This document shows, in pieces, positions 40,425-53,993 of a DNA stretch of 64,000 bases. The stretch is from Auanema rhodensis. Its lineage: Eukaryota > Animalia > Nematoda. The stretch lies in contig OZ059899.1 of assembly GCA_964057225.1 (NCBI GenBank), positions 8,308,001 through 8,372,000 of the forward strand, read 5' to 3'. Both the position numbers and the translations under genes were made by a program. How positions within the stretch are numbered: position 1 is the first letter of the stretch; each line of letters starts with the position of its first letter. The notes beneath the pieces are model-generated. The model did not search any database, was not told the origin of the DNA, and was given only the letters and a program-made list of their open reading frames with translations.

Positions 40425-41168
40425 ATGAAGTATATAATTATTTTATGTGCAACTATTTTATCTCTATCCCAAGCAACAAGACTAGAAAGAGCTTCTGATC
40501 TAGACGTTCCATCAAACGTTCAAAATAGGTACCTACCTTTTAAGAAAAATTCAATAAAACAAATAATGTTCAGATCGATTTCTATCAAAGGCCACTTTCT
40601 ATGCGAAGGCAAACCATTTGACAATGTCAAAGTGCGGATCTTTAGAGATTATCAAAAAAATGGAGCTGATGGTATGTGGCATAACTAAGACTATGAATTC
40701 AATTTAAACAGAACTCGCTCAACTTGTAAGCTCCAAGAAGGCATTTGCTGGAGCGTTTCAATTGGATGGAAATACCGGAAGGTAGTAAAAACTAAAAAGT
40801 AAAAAATAAAATTATAAATAAGCTCAAACATAGATTCCCCCCCACACAAACAGAACTGCGTCCTTACGTTACAGTTCATCACAATTGCGGAATGGATGAG
40901 AAGACAACTGCTAATGTATGTTTAGCCTATAATTTTATTTTCTATACAGTTCATCACTTTCTTTATTATAGAAAGGATTCAAAAGATGGGCATTTTCGAT
41001 TCCAGAAAGCTACGTAACTAAGGGACTAAGACCCGAAAAGGTTTATAAACCACTTTTACACTCTCTCCTAATAATACCTTACAGAAGTACGACATGGGGA
41101 CTATTAATCTTCAGCTCCAATATCCTGGTGAAACTCACGACAAGAAATTTAACATGCTTGATCAGTAG
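40425..41168 (+). CDS. Nematode transthyretin-like (TTR/TTL family) secreted protein, 6 exons
   Basis: Signal peptide MKYIIILCATILSLSQA. Family motifs after splicing: SISIKGHFLCEGKPFDNVKVRIF, GAFQLDG, LRPYVTVHHNC, FSIPESYVT, YDMGTINLQLQYPGE. TAG at 41166-41168. Confidence 0.9.
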
Positions 41169-42017
41169 CACTGCTTGTAATGAACAATGTTATATTCGAA
41201 TTTCAATATAAAAAACAATAAAGAATAACCAATGTTTATTGACATGTTTGTGAACGGGTTTGGGCGGGACGGAGAAAAGGAATGGAGAAGAACTGCCAAA
41301 ACAGACTACTAAGTCGAACAGGAAGTGTATCAACTTATCGTTAGATCCACTGTATAAGAACAAAGCGGGATCACAATCTCTCTCGCTCACACATGTTTGT
41401 AGATTTCTGTTTGTAACTATGATATACATACCACTACAACAACTCTAAAAATAAGACTAAAAACAACTCTCACACGGGACTCGGGAGATAACAACGATGA
41501 GCTATATGAAGAAATAGAATAACAATAGAAAAAATACTCGTCATCATCGAGAGCAGCTGTATGAAATAGAAATATACAGAAATAATAGAAATTTTTGACG
41601 CGCGCACAAAAAATAACCAAAAAGTAAAACAATTATTATAATACAAATATATCGCGCAGAATTTAGGCGAATCGTTTAGCGACTCTCGCACGACTGGACG
41701 AGGGGGGCCACTCTCTCACAAATTCGCAACCCGGATGAGAATAGTTGCATACATCACATATACAACTCTTCTACTGATATCCACTGCATTATTTAAAAAA
41801 AAAAACCTAGAAAAAACTATAATAAACAATGCAGGGACCTGAGGGCATTTCGAGCACACTTGTTTTCAAAGCGAAATAGGAATCAGGATTCAGGACTGAG
41901 GAACAAAGAGTTCCAGGAAGACTAGCCAAAGGCTTCGGTGAGTAAAAGAACAAAATAAGGAAGGTGTTCACAATACAAATGTAATAAACTAACTGTAGAA
42001 GGATGAAATTAAGGCAG

Positions 42018-44103
<2,086 letters not shown>

Positions 44104-44552
44104 TTTGCCTTTAAAAATAAAAATTAAAAGTAAATGAAGAACAAATTTAAAACAAAAAGTTAAAAAAGTGAAAAAAAGAAAGCAATTTAATGTCAATATT
44201 TCAAAAAGGTAAGCTTAAAGCAGAAAATTCAAATTATTCGCAGAAAATGCGGGAAATCGTCATTAGAATCATTACTATCGATCGAATGAAGTATTGCAAA
44301 GACATGACTAGGGACACTGTCGCGTAAAGTTACGCTGTGCGGTTCTGTGTGGGACCACTAATCCCGCCCTTTACACCAACAGCTTTTCTTCTTTGAGCTG
44401 TAATGATGATTAATATATTATTCGTTTGATATTTGAAGTTTACAGAATGATTTTGCCGTAGGAAATTGTGTCGGATTTGGTCTAGAAAAAAATATATGTG
44501 CGAATTGATACGGGCCGAATTTTTGTTATTTTTTTGCGATTAACTCTTAATA
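44104..44552. promoter_or_regulatory. Probable bidirectional promoter of ima-3 and the syx-2 unit
   Basis: 449-bp head-to-head gap with locally raised GC/CpG and an E2F-type GCGGGAAA at 44249-44256. Confidence 0.6.
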
Positions 44553-45854
44553 ATGAAGGATAGACTGAAAGATCTACAGGTAAAGGATGGAATATTTGAA
44601 TTCTATATAAATTAACAAATATAAACGTTTAGTCTACGCATGTGAAAAAATCATCAATAGATAATAATCGTGAAAATGACCCTCTAATTTCAGAGGATTG
44701 GAATGATGTTGATGAAGTAAGTCTTGTTTATTTTTTTCTCTAAGCTGGCATATAGTTTCTTGCACGAGTGACGAAAGTTAACAAGACTTTGGAGAGATTA
44801 GAAGGTCTTTTGATCACCTTGAAAAAGCACCATAACGACATACTGATTGATCCGACACGTGACAAAAGTAAGTGCGAAACTTCGCGAGATGATAATACCA
44901 ATTTTTAGAAAGTTTTCAAGAGTTTGACGAATTAAATAAGACATTTTATGAAGAATGTAAACTGGTTCATAAAGATGTAAACGGTAAAGGATCTAAAAGC
45001 TTATAAACTTATGGAATATTTTTTAGTTTTGGATACTGAGGCTAAAAAAGCTGTTGAGCCATCTGCTGAAGGTAGAATTAAAAAAAATCAGGTAGCGACT
45101 GAAAGCATTTTTCTGATTATAACTTCGATTATATCCGGTTATTAGATGATGACATTGAGAAAAAGGCTTTCGCAAATCATTACTAAGTATAACTCAGACC
45201 AAATGGATTATCAGCATAAATTGAAGAAGAACACAATGCAATATTTGAAAATTCGTAATTTTATTCTCTTTTCTGATCACTCTCTTTTTTTTTAGAAGGT
45301 ATTGATGTTTCTGAGGAAGTAGTCATGGAGGCTATTGATAGTGGTGATGTGGGAGGTTTGACCAAGGGGGTTAGAGATATAATTTTTAAATAATTTAATT
45401 AGAGAGCATTCTTTTTAGCTTGTTCTTGCCGTAGCAGACAAAAAGGCTTTATATGAAGAAGTGAAAACTCGTCGAGATGAATTAAAAAAGTTAGAAGAAA
45501 ACTTGAGAGAGCTGCATGATTTATTTCATGATTTATATTTACTAGTCCAAAGCCAGGTATATTCAAATTTTATTTACGTATTACAGTTTCAATATATTAT
45601 ATAGGGTGAAATGATTGATAATATTGAAGCTAATGTTGAAGCTGCGGGTGAGTATGCTAACAAAGCTAAAACTAATGTTATTGGTGCTAGAGAGTTGAGA
45701 AGAAAGGCCAATAAGGTTTGTTGCATTGTTATGAATAAACTTATTTTTTTGTATACAGATGAAAATATTCATGTGCTGTGGACTGATTGTTCTAGTCATT
45801 TTCTTGTTTATTATATTACAGGGACTAGTTTGTCATTTTACACCTATATGCTAA
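44553..45854 (+). CDS. syx-2: Plasma-membrane-type syntaxin (Qa-SNARE), SYX-2-like, 10 exons
   Basis: N-peptide MKDRLKDLQ, Habc region, SNARE motif KKALYEEVKTRRDELKKLEENLRELHDLFHDLYLLVQSQGEMIDNIEANVE, C-terminal TM helix, ending VCHFTPIC*. I recall the same terminus for C. elegans SYX-2. Confidence 0.85.
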
Positions 45855-46177
45855 AGCTTTAGTTTGTGTCATTTAACTTCTGTCTGGTTTTTTTGCCCAA
45901 TGTACTTTTGTAGAAAACAGATTATGATCTCGTGAAAACTAACAATTTCTTATATAAACTACTTAACTAATTTCATATCACATAGTGAGTTTAGTATCGA
46001 GATTATTATTGTTATACATTGTTGTTTGAAATGCCTGCGTGCCTGTCTTGTATTGTGATTTAGAAGTATTATATCACCAATAAATTTAATATCAGTCTAC
46101 TTTCTTGCTATCAACTAGTATGAGTCCTTTAAATACTTATCATTTCAGCTTTCCAATATTTTCTATTATGTTATAGT

Positions 46178-47441
46178 ATGGCAGGTTATGATCCTAATAC
46201 AGTAATAACCACTAAGGCAGAAACTGATCCACCAGTGAGCTTTAACACAACAAAGAGAACAAAAAAAAATTAAATTTAGGTATTAATCCCACGTAGAATG
46301 CCGCAGTCTCTCCACGAAGCTAGAGTATTAAGTTCATCTGTTAGAATAGAAGCTGGACGATATCGCGTAACTTCTCCACCTCCTTGTTTGCTTGTTTGCT
46401 TGTTTTATATCTGAATTTGCTATTAAGTTGCATCTGGAATTTCTTCAACTCATATCAACGATATTAGTAGGGTAAGAAAATCTGTTAGACCATACGACGG
46501 CCAATTGTAAGTGTGAACAACTTTTTCTTTTTTTAAATTTTGCTATTTACAGAATGAAGCCGGAAACATCTTTTGTAAAAATAGTTGATCTCCTCCCTGG
46601 TAAAACAAAAAGACGGTTTTAACTATTACAAGATAAAAGTTAAATGATACTTCAGAGTTTATTTCAATGAGGAAGATGAAGAGACTTTGGATGAGTTAAA
46701 TAGCCCAAAAAAAGTTCGGTTGATTAAGCGGTATAAAAAATATGAAGGTTTGAATTTTTTGTTTGAACGGAAAACTTTTTCGATTCAGATCCCTCAATGC
46801 CGGGTACAAGTATGTCAGATTCTAAGGAACACTCGGAACAAATTGAAATAAGAGAAAGTGATGTAGTTGTGTCTGATAATCAAGTCAGGTATATAAATTT
46901 GCAAATTTGTATTTTAAAATTTTTTGGTTGTTTTACAGGAAATCTGTCTTAGAAGAACAACATGAACAACAGTATGTCGAAGAAGTAGATGTAATAGAAG
47001 AAGAAGGGTAAAACATCATATCTATCAATTTACAAAAATAAAATTGTTCTTAGATCTGTAGTAGGTGGTTATATGCCAAACTACAACGAAGGAGCAGTTC
47101 CGGTTCCTCGGTTGCATCCTATCTCAATAGGTAATGTAGCTTTAGTGAAGCAATTACGAGGAGAAAATAATTATTTAAAAGATCAACTAGATGCAAGTTT
47201 CTATAGGTTGATATAAAGTTTCAATACGATTATATTAAATGTTTTTTCTAGAATTAAACAACTGGAAGCTTTATTAGTTGAAAGGAATCAACGATTGAAG
47301 CAGTTATTAAGAGAAAATGTAAATCTTAGTGTGAAAATTAGGAAATTAACCGCTGAAATTGGAACAGAAACGGCTGAAGCTGTAATGTATGTTTGAACCG
47401 TCTTTCGAATTGTTTTATTACAAATCTTCAGGAATTCGTAA
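46178..47441 (+). CDS. Uncharacterised ~287-aa protein with acidic middle region and C-terminal coiled coil, 10 exons
   Basis: Exons 46178-46234, 46280-46385, 46428-46506, 46553-46615, 46656-46747, 46789-46888, 46939-47007, 47054-47206, 47252-47386 and 47432-47441 total 864 nt with consistent phases. Heptad region VKQLRGENNYLKDQLDASFYRIKQLEALLVERNQRLKQLLRENVNLSVKIRKL. No family recognised. Confidence 0.8.
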
Positions 47442-47634
47442 AAAGGTCTCTTTTCTCAGGGCAATGTGTCATGTAAGCTGCAAGCAGAAGTACTCTTATG
47501 ATAAATTTAAAAGGAACATAATAAATATTTTTACATTTTCCATTTTTTACGACCCTGTTGTGTTTTTAGCACATCTATTTACCTTTTGAGTATCTCACCA
47601 GTTTAGTTTATTTTTGTAGTTAAATAAATTGAAT

Positions 47635-48045
47635 ATGACCGAATTTGGCGGATGCGAAGGACCTGATGCTGCATATGTAAAGCTTGTTAGCAGTGATGGG
47701 CATGAGTTTATTATTAAAAAAGTAAGTGTAAGATTGTATGTATTTATATTTTTTTATGCAGGAACTTGCGTTGACTTCTGGCACCATAAAAGCAATGCTC
47801 AGTGGGCCTGGACAGTATGCTGAAAATGAAAGTAACGAAGTAAACTTCCGTGAAATTCCGTAAGTTGTGAAAGATTAAATCTATTTAACAAAACAATAAT
47901 CAGATCTCATGTGCTACAAAAAGTCTGCCAATACTTCACCTATAAAGTACGCTATACCAACTCAGCTACAGAAATTCCTGAATTTGTTATTAACCCTGAC
48001 GTGGCTCTAGAATTGCTTATGGCCGCTAATTTCTTGGATTGCTGA
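47635..48045 (+). CDS. elc-1: Elongin C, 3 exons
   Basis: Exons 47635-47721, 47762-47859, 47904-48045: [78 protein letters not shown]...[11 protein letters not shown]. Confidence 0.97.
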
Positions 48046-48541
48046 ATTATTTTTCTTGATTGTATTGTTCATACTGGTGATGTAAAGACTATGTAAGAAT
48101 GAACTGAAACAAAATATTTTCAATATAATGAGCATAATTCTTAATGTTGAATCGGATATGAATTTCAAAGCTTGTGTTTCCCGATTAAATCTAGTGCAAG
48201 GTAAATAAAGCATACATCTTTATTACAACCTAAAGACATGCATAAAATGACAATTCATAGCGCCCAAAGAACACTCGGTTTCATAAATAAAAATGCACAA
48301 GCAAAAAACATAGTTCTTACTAGATGATATTGGTACGTTAACTGAAGTATAGTATAGTACTAAAAGTAAAACAAATTTAATTTAAGAAAAAACGAGAGAA
48401 CTGAAACAAGACTGAATGAGGAAAAAGATTAGCCGACACAGCCAAGAGACATTGCCAGAACAGCTACCCGCAATATTCTATAAGCAAAGATTGAACCTTA
48501 TAAATGATGTTACAAAAACCTGGCTAAAGACTTGAATCTAT

Positions 48542-49367
48542 CTAATATCCAAGGTTAATCAAGTAATCGGACATCTTTTCAACAGCAACGCGAACATCAG
48601 AAGATACTGTGTTCTCTCCTTCGTAAACAGCAATTAGGACGGCTATAAAGAAGAAAATAATCTACATAAGATTCGAAATATTTTACCAGTCTTAGTCCTA
48701 GCGGCAAAAAATCCGCTCTTTTCCTTTTTTCCGAAGATGAGATTCTCTTCAGTACGGGGAACTATGTAATGGACTTGCTCAAGATCAGCTCCAGTACTGG
48801 GAACGTTATTAATGTTATCAAAGTGGGCAACAAATTTTTTCAATTCTTCATCGGTAGCCTGAAATAATTAATTTATATTCTATCCTCTAGTTCAACTGCA
48901 GAAATGAGAATGATATAAACAGTCTCGAATAAGTAATGAACGTTGCTATAATATAATAACATTTGCCTATAGCCTAATGAGCATTAGAAAGAGTTGTTGC
49001 TGCGCTAATACAATTCAAACAATCGCCTCATTACTCATGCAGGGTTCTCCTTCTAGACCGTCAGAATAACAGATGGTTAAATGGCACTTTCGCCGTACAG
49101 GATCATACTTTTAAAAGAAAACCCTACATCTGGAGGTCTCTCGGAATAGAAAGCCAATAGTATATTTTTGTAATCATGTACCAAATCTTCATATCAGCAC
49201 ATAATAATGAAAATATTTTTGAAATGAGGTGTTCTACCTACTTTGAACAAATTAGCTCCTTCAGTTCTAGCCCAAACAGCTCCGTCAGTAGCTCCAACAA
49301 TGGCGCTCCTCTTTATGGCTGGTGATCCACTGTTCATAACATCAATATAAGCCTTCCAGCCAGACAT
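48542..49367 (-). CDS. pfn-1: Profilin (132 aa), 3 exons
   Basis: Exons 49367-49242, 48858-48687, 48642-48542: MSGWKAYIDVM...AIVGATDGAVWARTEG...GADLEQVHYIVPRTEENLIFGKKEKSGFF...YLINLGY*. TTCCAG acceptor immediately 5' of the ATG (likely trans-splice site). Confidence 0.95.
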
Positions 49368-52300
49368 ATTTCTGGAAAAAATTGTTTGTTTACTAAATCC
49401 TGATAAAATTACAACCAATGAGAAATTATGACAAAAAAATGTTAAGCATATTTAATGACATCTGAATTAACTATCTGGGAACAATAATGAGAACGTTTTA
49501 ATCAATGAGGGTTGCGAACTGAGAGGACAGAGAACATAATGCGGTCGGCTGAATGATCTGTCACCAGTATACACTAGCTAGGGTCATGGGCGGGACCAAT
49601 CAATATCTGGACACATTTACTGTTTTAGGCCTTCCTACGAGGCAACAGAGATGTCTTAGTAGAATACAATCGAATGTGAATCAACAGGGACAAGCAAACA
49701 GGAAAATAATGACCATAACCGTGCGCCAAGGTTCCCGCGCACTTCTTAGATTCGCAAAACAACGCGGCGCGTGCGCCATTACTGTATTCATAGAGCAGAT
49801 TTCCTTTTTTTCAAGAGAAAAACATTCCAAAAACTGCGGAGTAGCATCCAAGAACCCGCTTCGGCACGAGAACGGCAGCGTAATGTTAAAGCGCCCGTTC
49901 GCGATACGCGGCATGGTCACTAATATGCCTGCAAGGCGCGGAGGGATTACTGCCAGATTCTCACTAAATTATCTTTCACAAGCACATAAGATTAAGAATA
50001 GTTTTTATAACAATCTTAAATTACTATAAATGAATTTAATGCTCACGAAAATAATATTATTCAAGAGCAATTTCCTTGAAAAAGAAATCAAAAAATTTTG
50101 AAAGAACGAAAATTTGATGCGACGACGTTGTTCTGAGTCTTGTTATTGAAGAATGGTTCTGGGTTTAAGAGAAAATGAGGGACACTGAATGATGAAAGAA
50201 AAGATGAGTCAGCGCAACATCGGCGACATGCGAAAATGACGAAGAACATGATGATGATGACGATAATAGTCACAGGAATGCAAGAACAACAATGAAAATA
50301 AAAGATTGACATATCAGAAATTGTAAAGAAGTTAGCAAAACTCTAAATAATTGTAAACTAAGGATACCTTTAATGCTTAATTGTCAGTATAGTGAAATCA
50401 GTAGAAAGAAAAATATATATTCAAAACAATGTATGTTAGACAGTTTAGTTATGTGATTTTAATGTTCACAAAGAATAAACACCAGATTAGTTGAAGGATT
50501 AATTTTTAAAAATGGGGATCTTCGAAAACAAATTGCTTTGAAATATTTTTTTCGCGCCAAAGATATTTTAAATCTTGCGTACATGAAATGAATATTTCAT
50601 ATCTCTTAAAACAAAAGAAAGCATTAGAAGATGACCATCCTAAAGAAATAAATTGTATCTAAAAATAACATTGAACGCCAATCAGTTCTTATCAGAGAAA
50701 AATAAATACGTTAAATAAGGAAATAGAAAATGAGCGGGCGGTGTATTTACAAAAGTCCAGCTGTGTCAGCCTCGAATAAAACTGCATTTTAAATATCGAA
50801 TCACCAATTGTGTAACCTGTTATTAAATACAGTGCTCATGAATTCACTTATTCAGAGCCGAATATGAACGAAAGCGGAGTTCAGTGTGACTTCCGTTTTG
50901 TTGACTTTGAGTATTGATTTTCAAGCGCACGCAATACTTATGCTTGACACACAAGTAAAAAATAAAAATATCCTTTAGGGGATGGAAGAGAAGAGGATAA
51001 CTTATAATTAAAATACTTAATTTTTTCAATGACAATCAAGGATATCAAGAGTACTTTGCTGTCTTTCTTGCTATCTTTGAAATTGCATTCATATGATGAA
51101 TAAAAAAATAATTTAGATTATCATGTATATGTATTCGTATTGGTTTAAGTATAATAGAAAGCAAGCAGTTGCGAGTATTTACAAAAATCCAGCCTAAGTA
51201 AAAAAATGAGTTTGAACGACTTACGAATACTCTTGCATATTTACGAAAATTGATCTTGAAATGCATAGTTACTTTTAAAATCGATCGTTTCTGTATTTAT
51301 TCAAGAAGGTTCCATTTCGGGATTAGTTGGAAAAACGTAGACTGACGCGATTCAATAATCGCTGTCGTGAGGAACACAAACTAGACCTTCTTCGCGATAA
51401 TGCTGTAGGGGAGAAATGACAGTCCACCTTCCACTTTAAGAAAAGGTGCAGAGAAAAACCATTGAAGAATCATAATACCGATAGGAGGCATGATGTACTA
51501 CCATTTTCTAGAAAGACTTAGTAATATATGAAATTATACGAAACATTCATAAATGACTAAAATGAGTGATTATATTAGAATTATGGGCACAATATCATAT
51601 TGTTGCTAAAGTGATGAACATAGTACGAGGGTGATCCGTCAGCAATATACCTTGCTTAGGTTTAGAGGCGTGACGTTATCTGGAAGACAATATTAGTGAA
51701 GGTTGAATGAGCAAAAAACAGACCTTATTTGTTAAAACAATAAGAATATCGATTAGTGAGTCATGAATTGACTCACATACACAATTCGGAATGGCAGAAG
51801 CTAGCATTAGTCAGCTATTCGAATTTCAGTCATCATTTCAGAATTTCAAAGGCAAATGATTGGAATTAGATAATTCGTATGTGCCTATGCTGCATGCCGG
51901 AAATGATGAGTAATCCGTCTTTTTCAAATGACCTAAGCAGTGTGATCAATAATGAACATAATGGCTCATTTGGAATGCTCTATGCCCCGCTCCATGTTAA
52001 TCGAATAGCGTTAGCATTTACTCCATATGATGATTCATCAATTTATAAACATTTTTTTTTGTGATTTTTTGTGCTAGTGTTCATGTGATACCAGATAGTT
52101 GAGAATAAGATGCACAAAACAATTAAACTATGAGCGATTAATATTTTCAAATACATTGAAATAATCAATAAAAATTTCTAGTAATTTTTCCATAGGCAAT
52201 ATGAGCATAAACAAGAATATTACTGTTGTTTTTGTTCATGTTATCTATGTTGATTCATTTTTCAGGCAAAATTGAAGTGATATTAAACAACATAATTTAA

Positions 52301-53160
52301 ATAAAAACCTTTTAGAAAAATTTCATCCATAATATCAATATTTTTGGCTTCGCTTACTAGAATTTTCAACCCATAGTTATAGTGTAAAGTTCCTAATTAT
52401 CAATCAAGCTCAAAATATTAATGTAAAAGTGAATAAGCTAAACGGCTCGAAGTACATGATAAGAACATGTTTATTCATTGAATACTTCACCAGTACATTC
52501 AATTTAGCTATATTATAAAGCTTTTTAATCCCAATATTCAAAATAAAACTGTATATTTAAATATCGAAATTATAATAATCAATTTATGGCCAGTATTAGC
52601 AGAGGCATTGTTGGAACTGTTTCAAAAAATAAAGGAATATCATAACAAAAAATAGAATTACATGCATAACACCCTCCACTAAAGAAAATTCGCTATACAA
52701 ATGTAGGTTTCATATAACTAAGGATCGGAATTCTGTAAATGTTTGAAAAATTAAATATTAATTATGTAATCAATTATTGTTTGCAGTAAAGCAAAAAAAA
52801 AGCGGGAGGACAGCTAATCCTGGAACGACAATTACTGGTTTCTTAAATCCAGTTTTGAATATGTAATTAATTAACAAATGTATCTAGCCGAGTTAAAAGA
52901 GACACCTATTACAAAAATCGGGAACTATGATAATTTAGAATATGAAAATTTTTGGCAACTTTTCTTTTCAAAAAGTTTAAAAATATCTCAATTAACTGTT
53001 GTGCGCGCTCTTATTGAATGAAAATCATTTGCATATTATTAATCTGAACAATATGCTCAGACCACTAATTGCCTTTTTCTTGCTAGTTTGTTTTTATTTT
53101 TTGTATTTTACTTAGTGTTGTAATTCCTTATCACCCATTTTTTTGACAGATTCTTCAACT

Positions 53161-53538
53161 ATGGCCAAGACCATGCAGAGCTCTAGAGTTAAGAAAACCA
53201 AAGATCCAAGGGCACCAAAGAAGTATGTTATATATTTTTACTTGAAAAGTAACAAAATGATTTAAGGAGTTTGTCCGCCTATTTTTTGTGGTTGAAAGAA
53301 AACCGTGAACGTATTCAAAAAGCCAATACTACCTTGAAGCCTACGGAGATTTTGAAGCTTTGCGGAAGAGAATGGTCCACATTGGAAGATAAAACTGTTA
53401 GTTTTATAAATTTTATAATTATTTATTGTGTACCACTTACAGAAGTGGGAGAGCAAGGCTGCTGAAGATAAAGCACGATATTTGAAAGAGGTAGAAGAAT
53501 ATAAGGAGAAATCTACTAATAATCAGGAATCAGAGTAA
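53161..53538 (+). CDS. Small single HMG-box protein (HMG-1.1/NHP6-like, 95 aa), 3 exons
   Basis: Exons 53161-53222, 53267-53396, 53443-53538: KKTKDPRAPKKSLSAYFLWLKENRERIQK...ILKLCGREWSTLEDKTKWESKAAEDKARYLKEVEEY. Orthology to hmg-1.1 versus a paralogue is not certain. Confidence 0.92.
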
Positions 53539-53993
53539 AATAACAGTTTTTTTTTATGCCTTTACGTAACTGTCATAATTTTGAGAACTGTGAATGCCTT
53601 TTATTAAAGACTTTGTTTTTGTGGCAATACTTGTATATTTATTGTGTATATGATATACATTGAACTTTACTAAAGACAAGAGCGTTAGCTGGTTCTAATA
53701 GCCATATGGGCACCCGGCTGCAAGACGGGTCCTCATTCCTTCCAAATTCAAGACTCCTGTCGAAATATGTAACATTTAGAACTGTGCTCGGCTTAAAAGA
53801 CCCATTTTTCTCGATTAGGCGGCATGTTTGTAGTGACAAATGGCATTGTTTATGTTACTTTTCTTTGTTTTAGTGCCTAGCGTCCGCGGGGCGGCTCGTT
53901 CGAGCTCAGAGTTGCTATATCCGAATCTGCCCTCTTCGAACTTCTAGTAGAATTCATCATATTTTTCTATTTTGCTTTCCAGACTGTTACGAG

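Larger units (their letters stand above)
44553..48209 (+). other. Probable trans-spliced operon: syx-2 / coiled-coil gene / elc-1
   Basis: Three co-oriented genes. AATAAA 46079-46084 lies ~65-92 nt before acceptors at 46148/46176; AATAAA 47520-47525 lies 94 nt before acceptor 47619. Both U-rich spacers contain a UAYYUU (Ur-like) motif (46098, 47580). Confidence 0.7.

Noticed and set aside
49553-50029. 158-aa plus-strand ORF (and antisense 79-aa ORF)
   Set aside because: No recognisable motif, and intronless in an intron-dense genome; best explained by stop-codon scarcity in a GC-rich block.
51611-51970. Box C-like motifs (GTGATGA 51611, ATGATGA 51903) and a 10-nt complement to 28S rRNA
   Set aside because: No properly placed terminal CTGA D box or closing stem; insufficient for a C/D snoRNA call.
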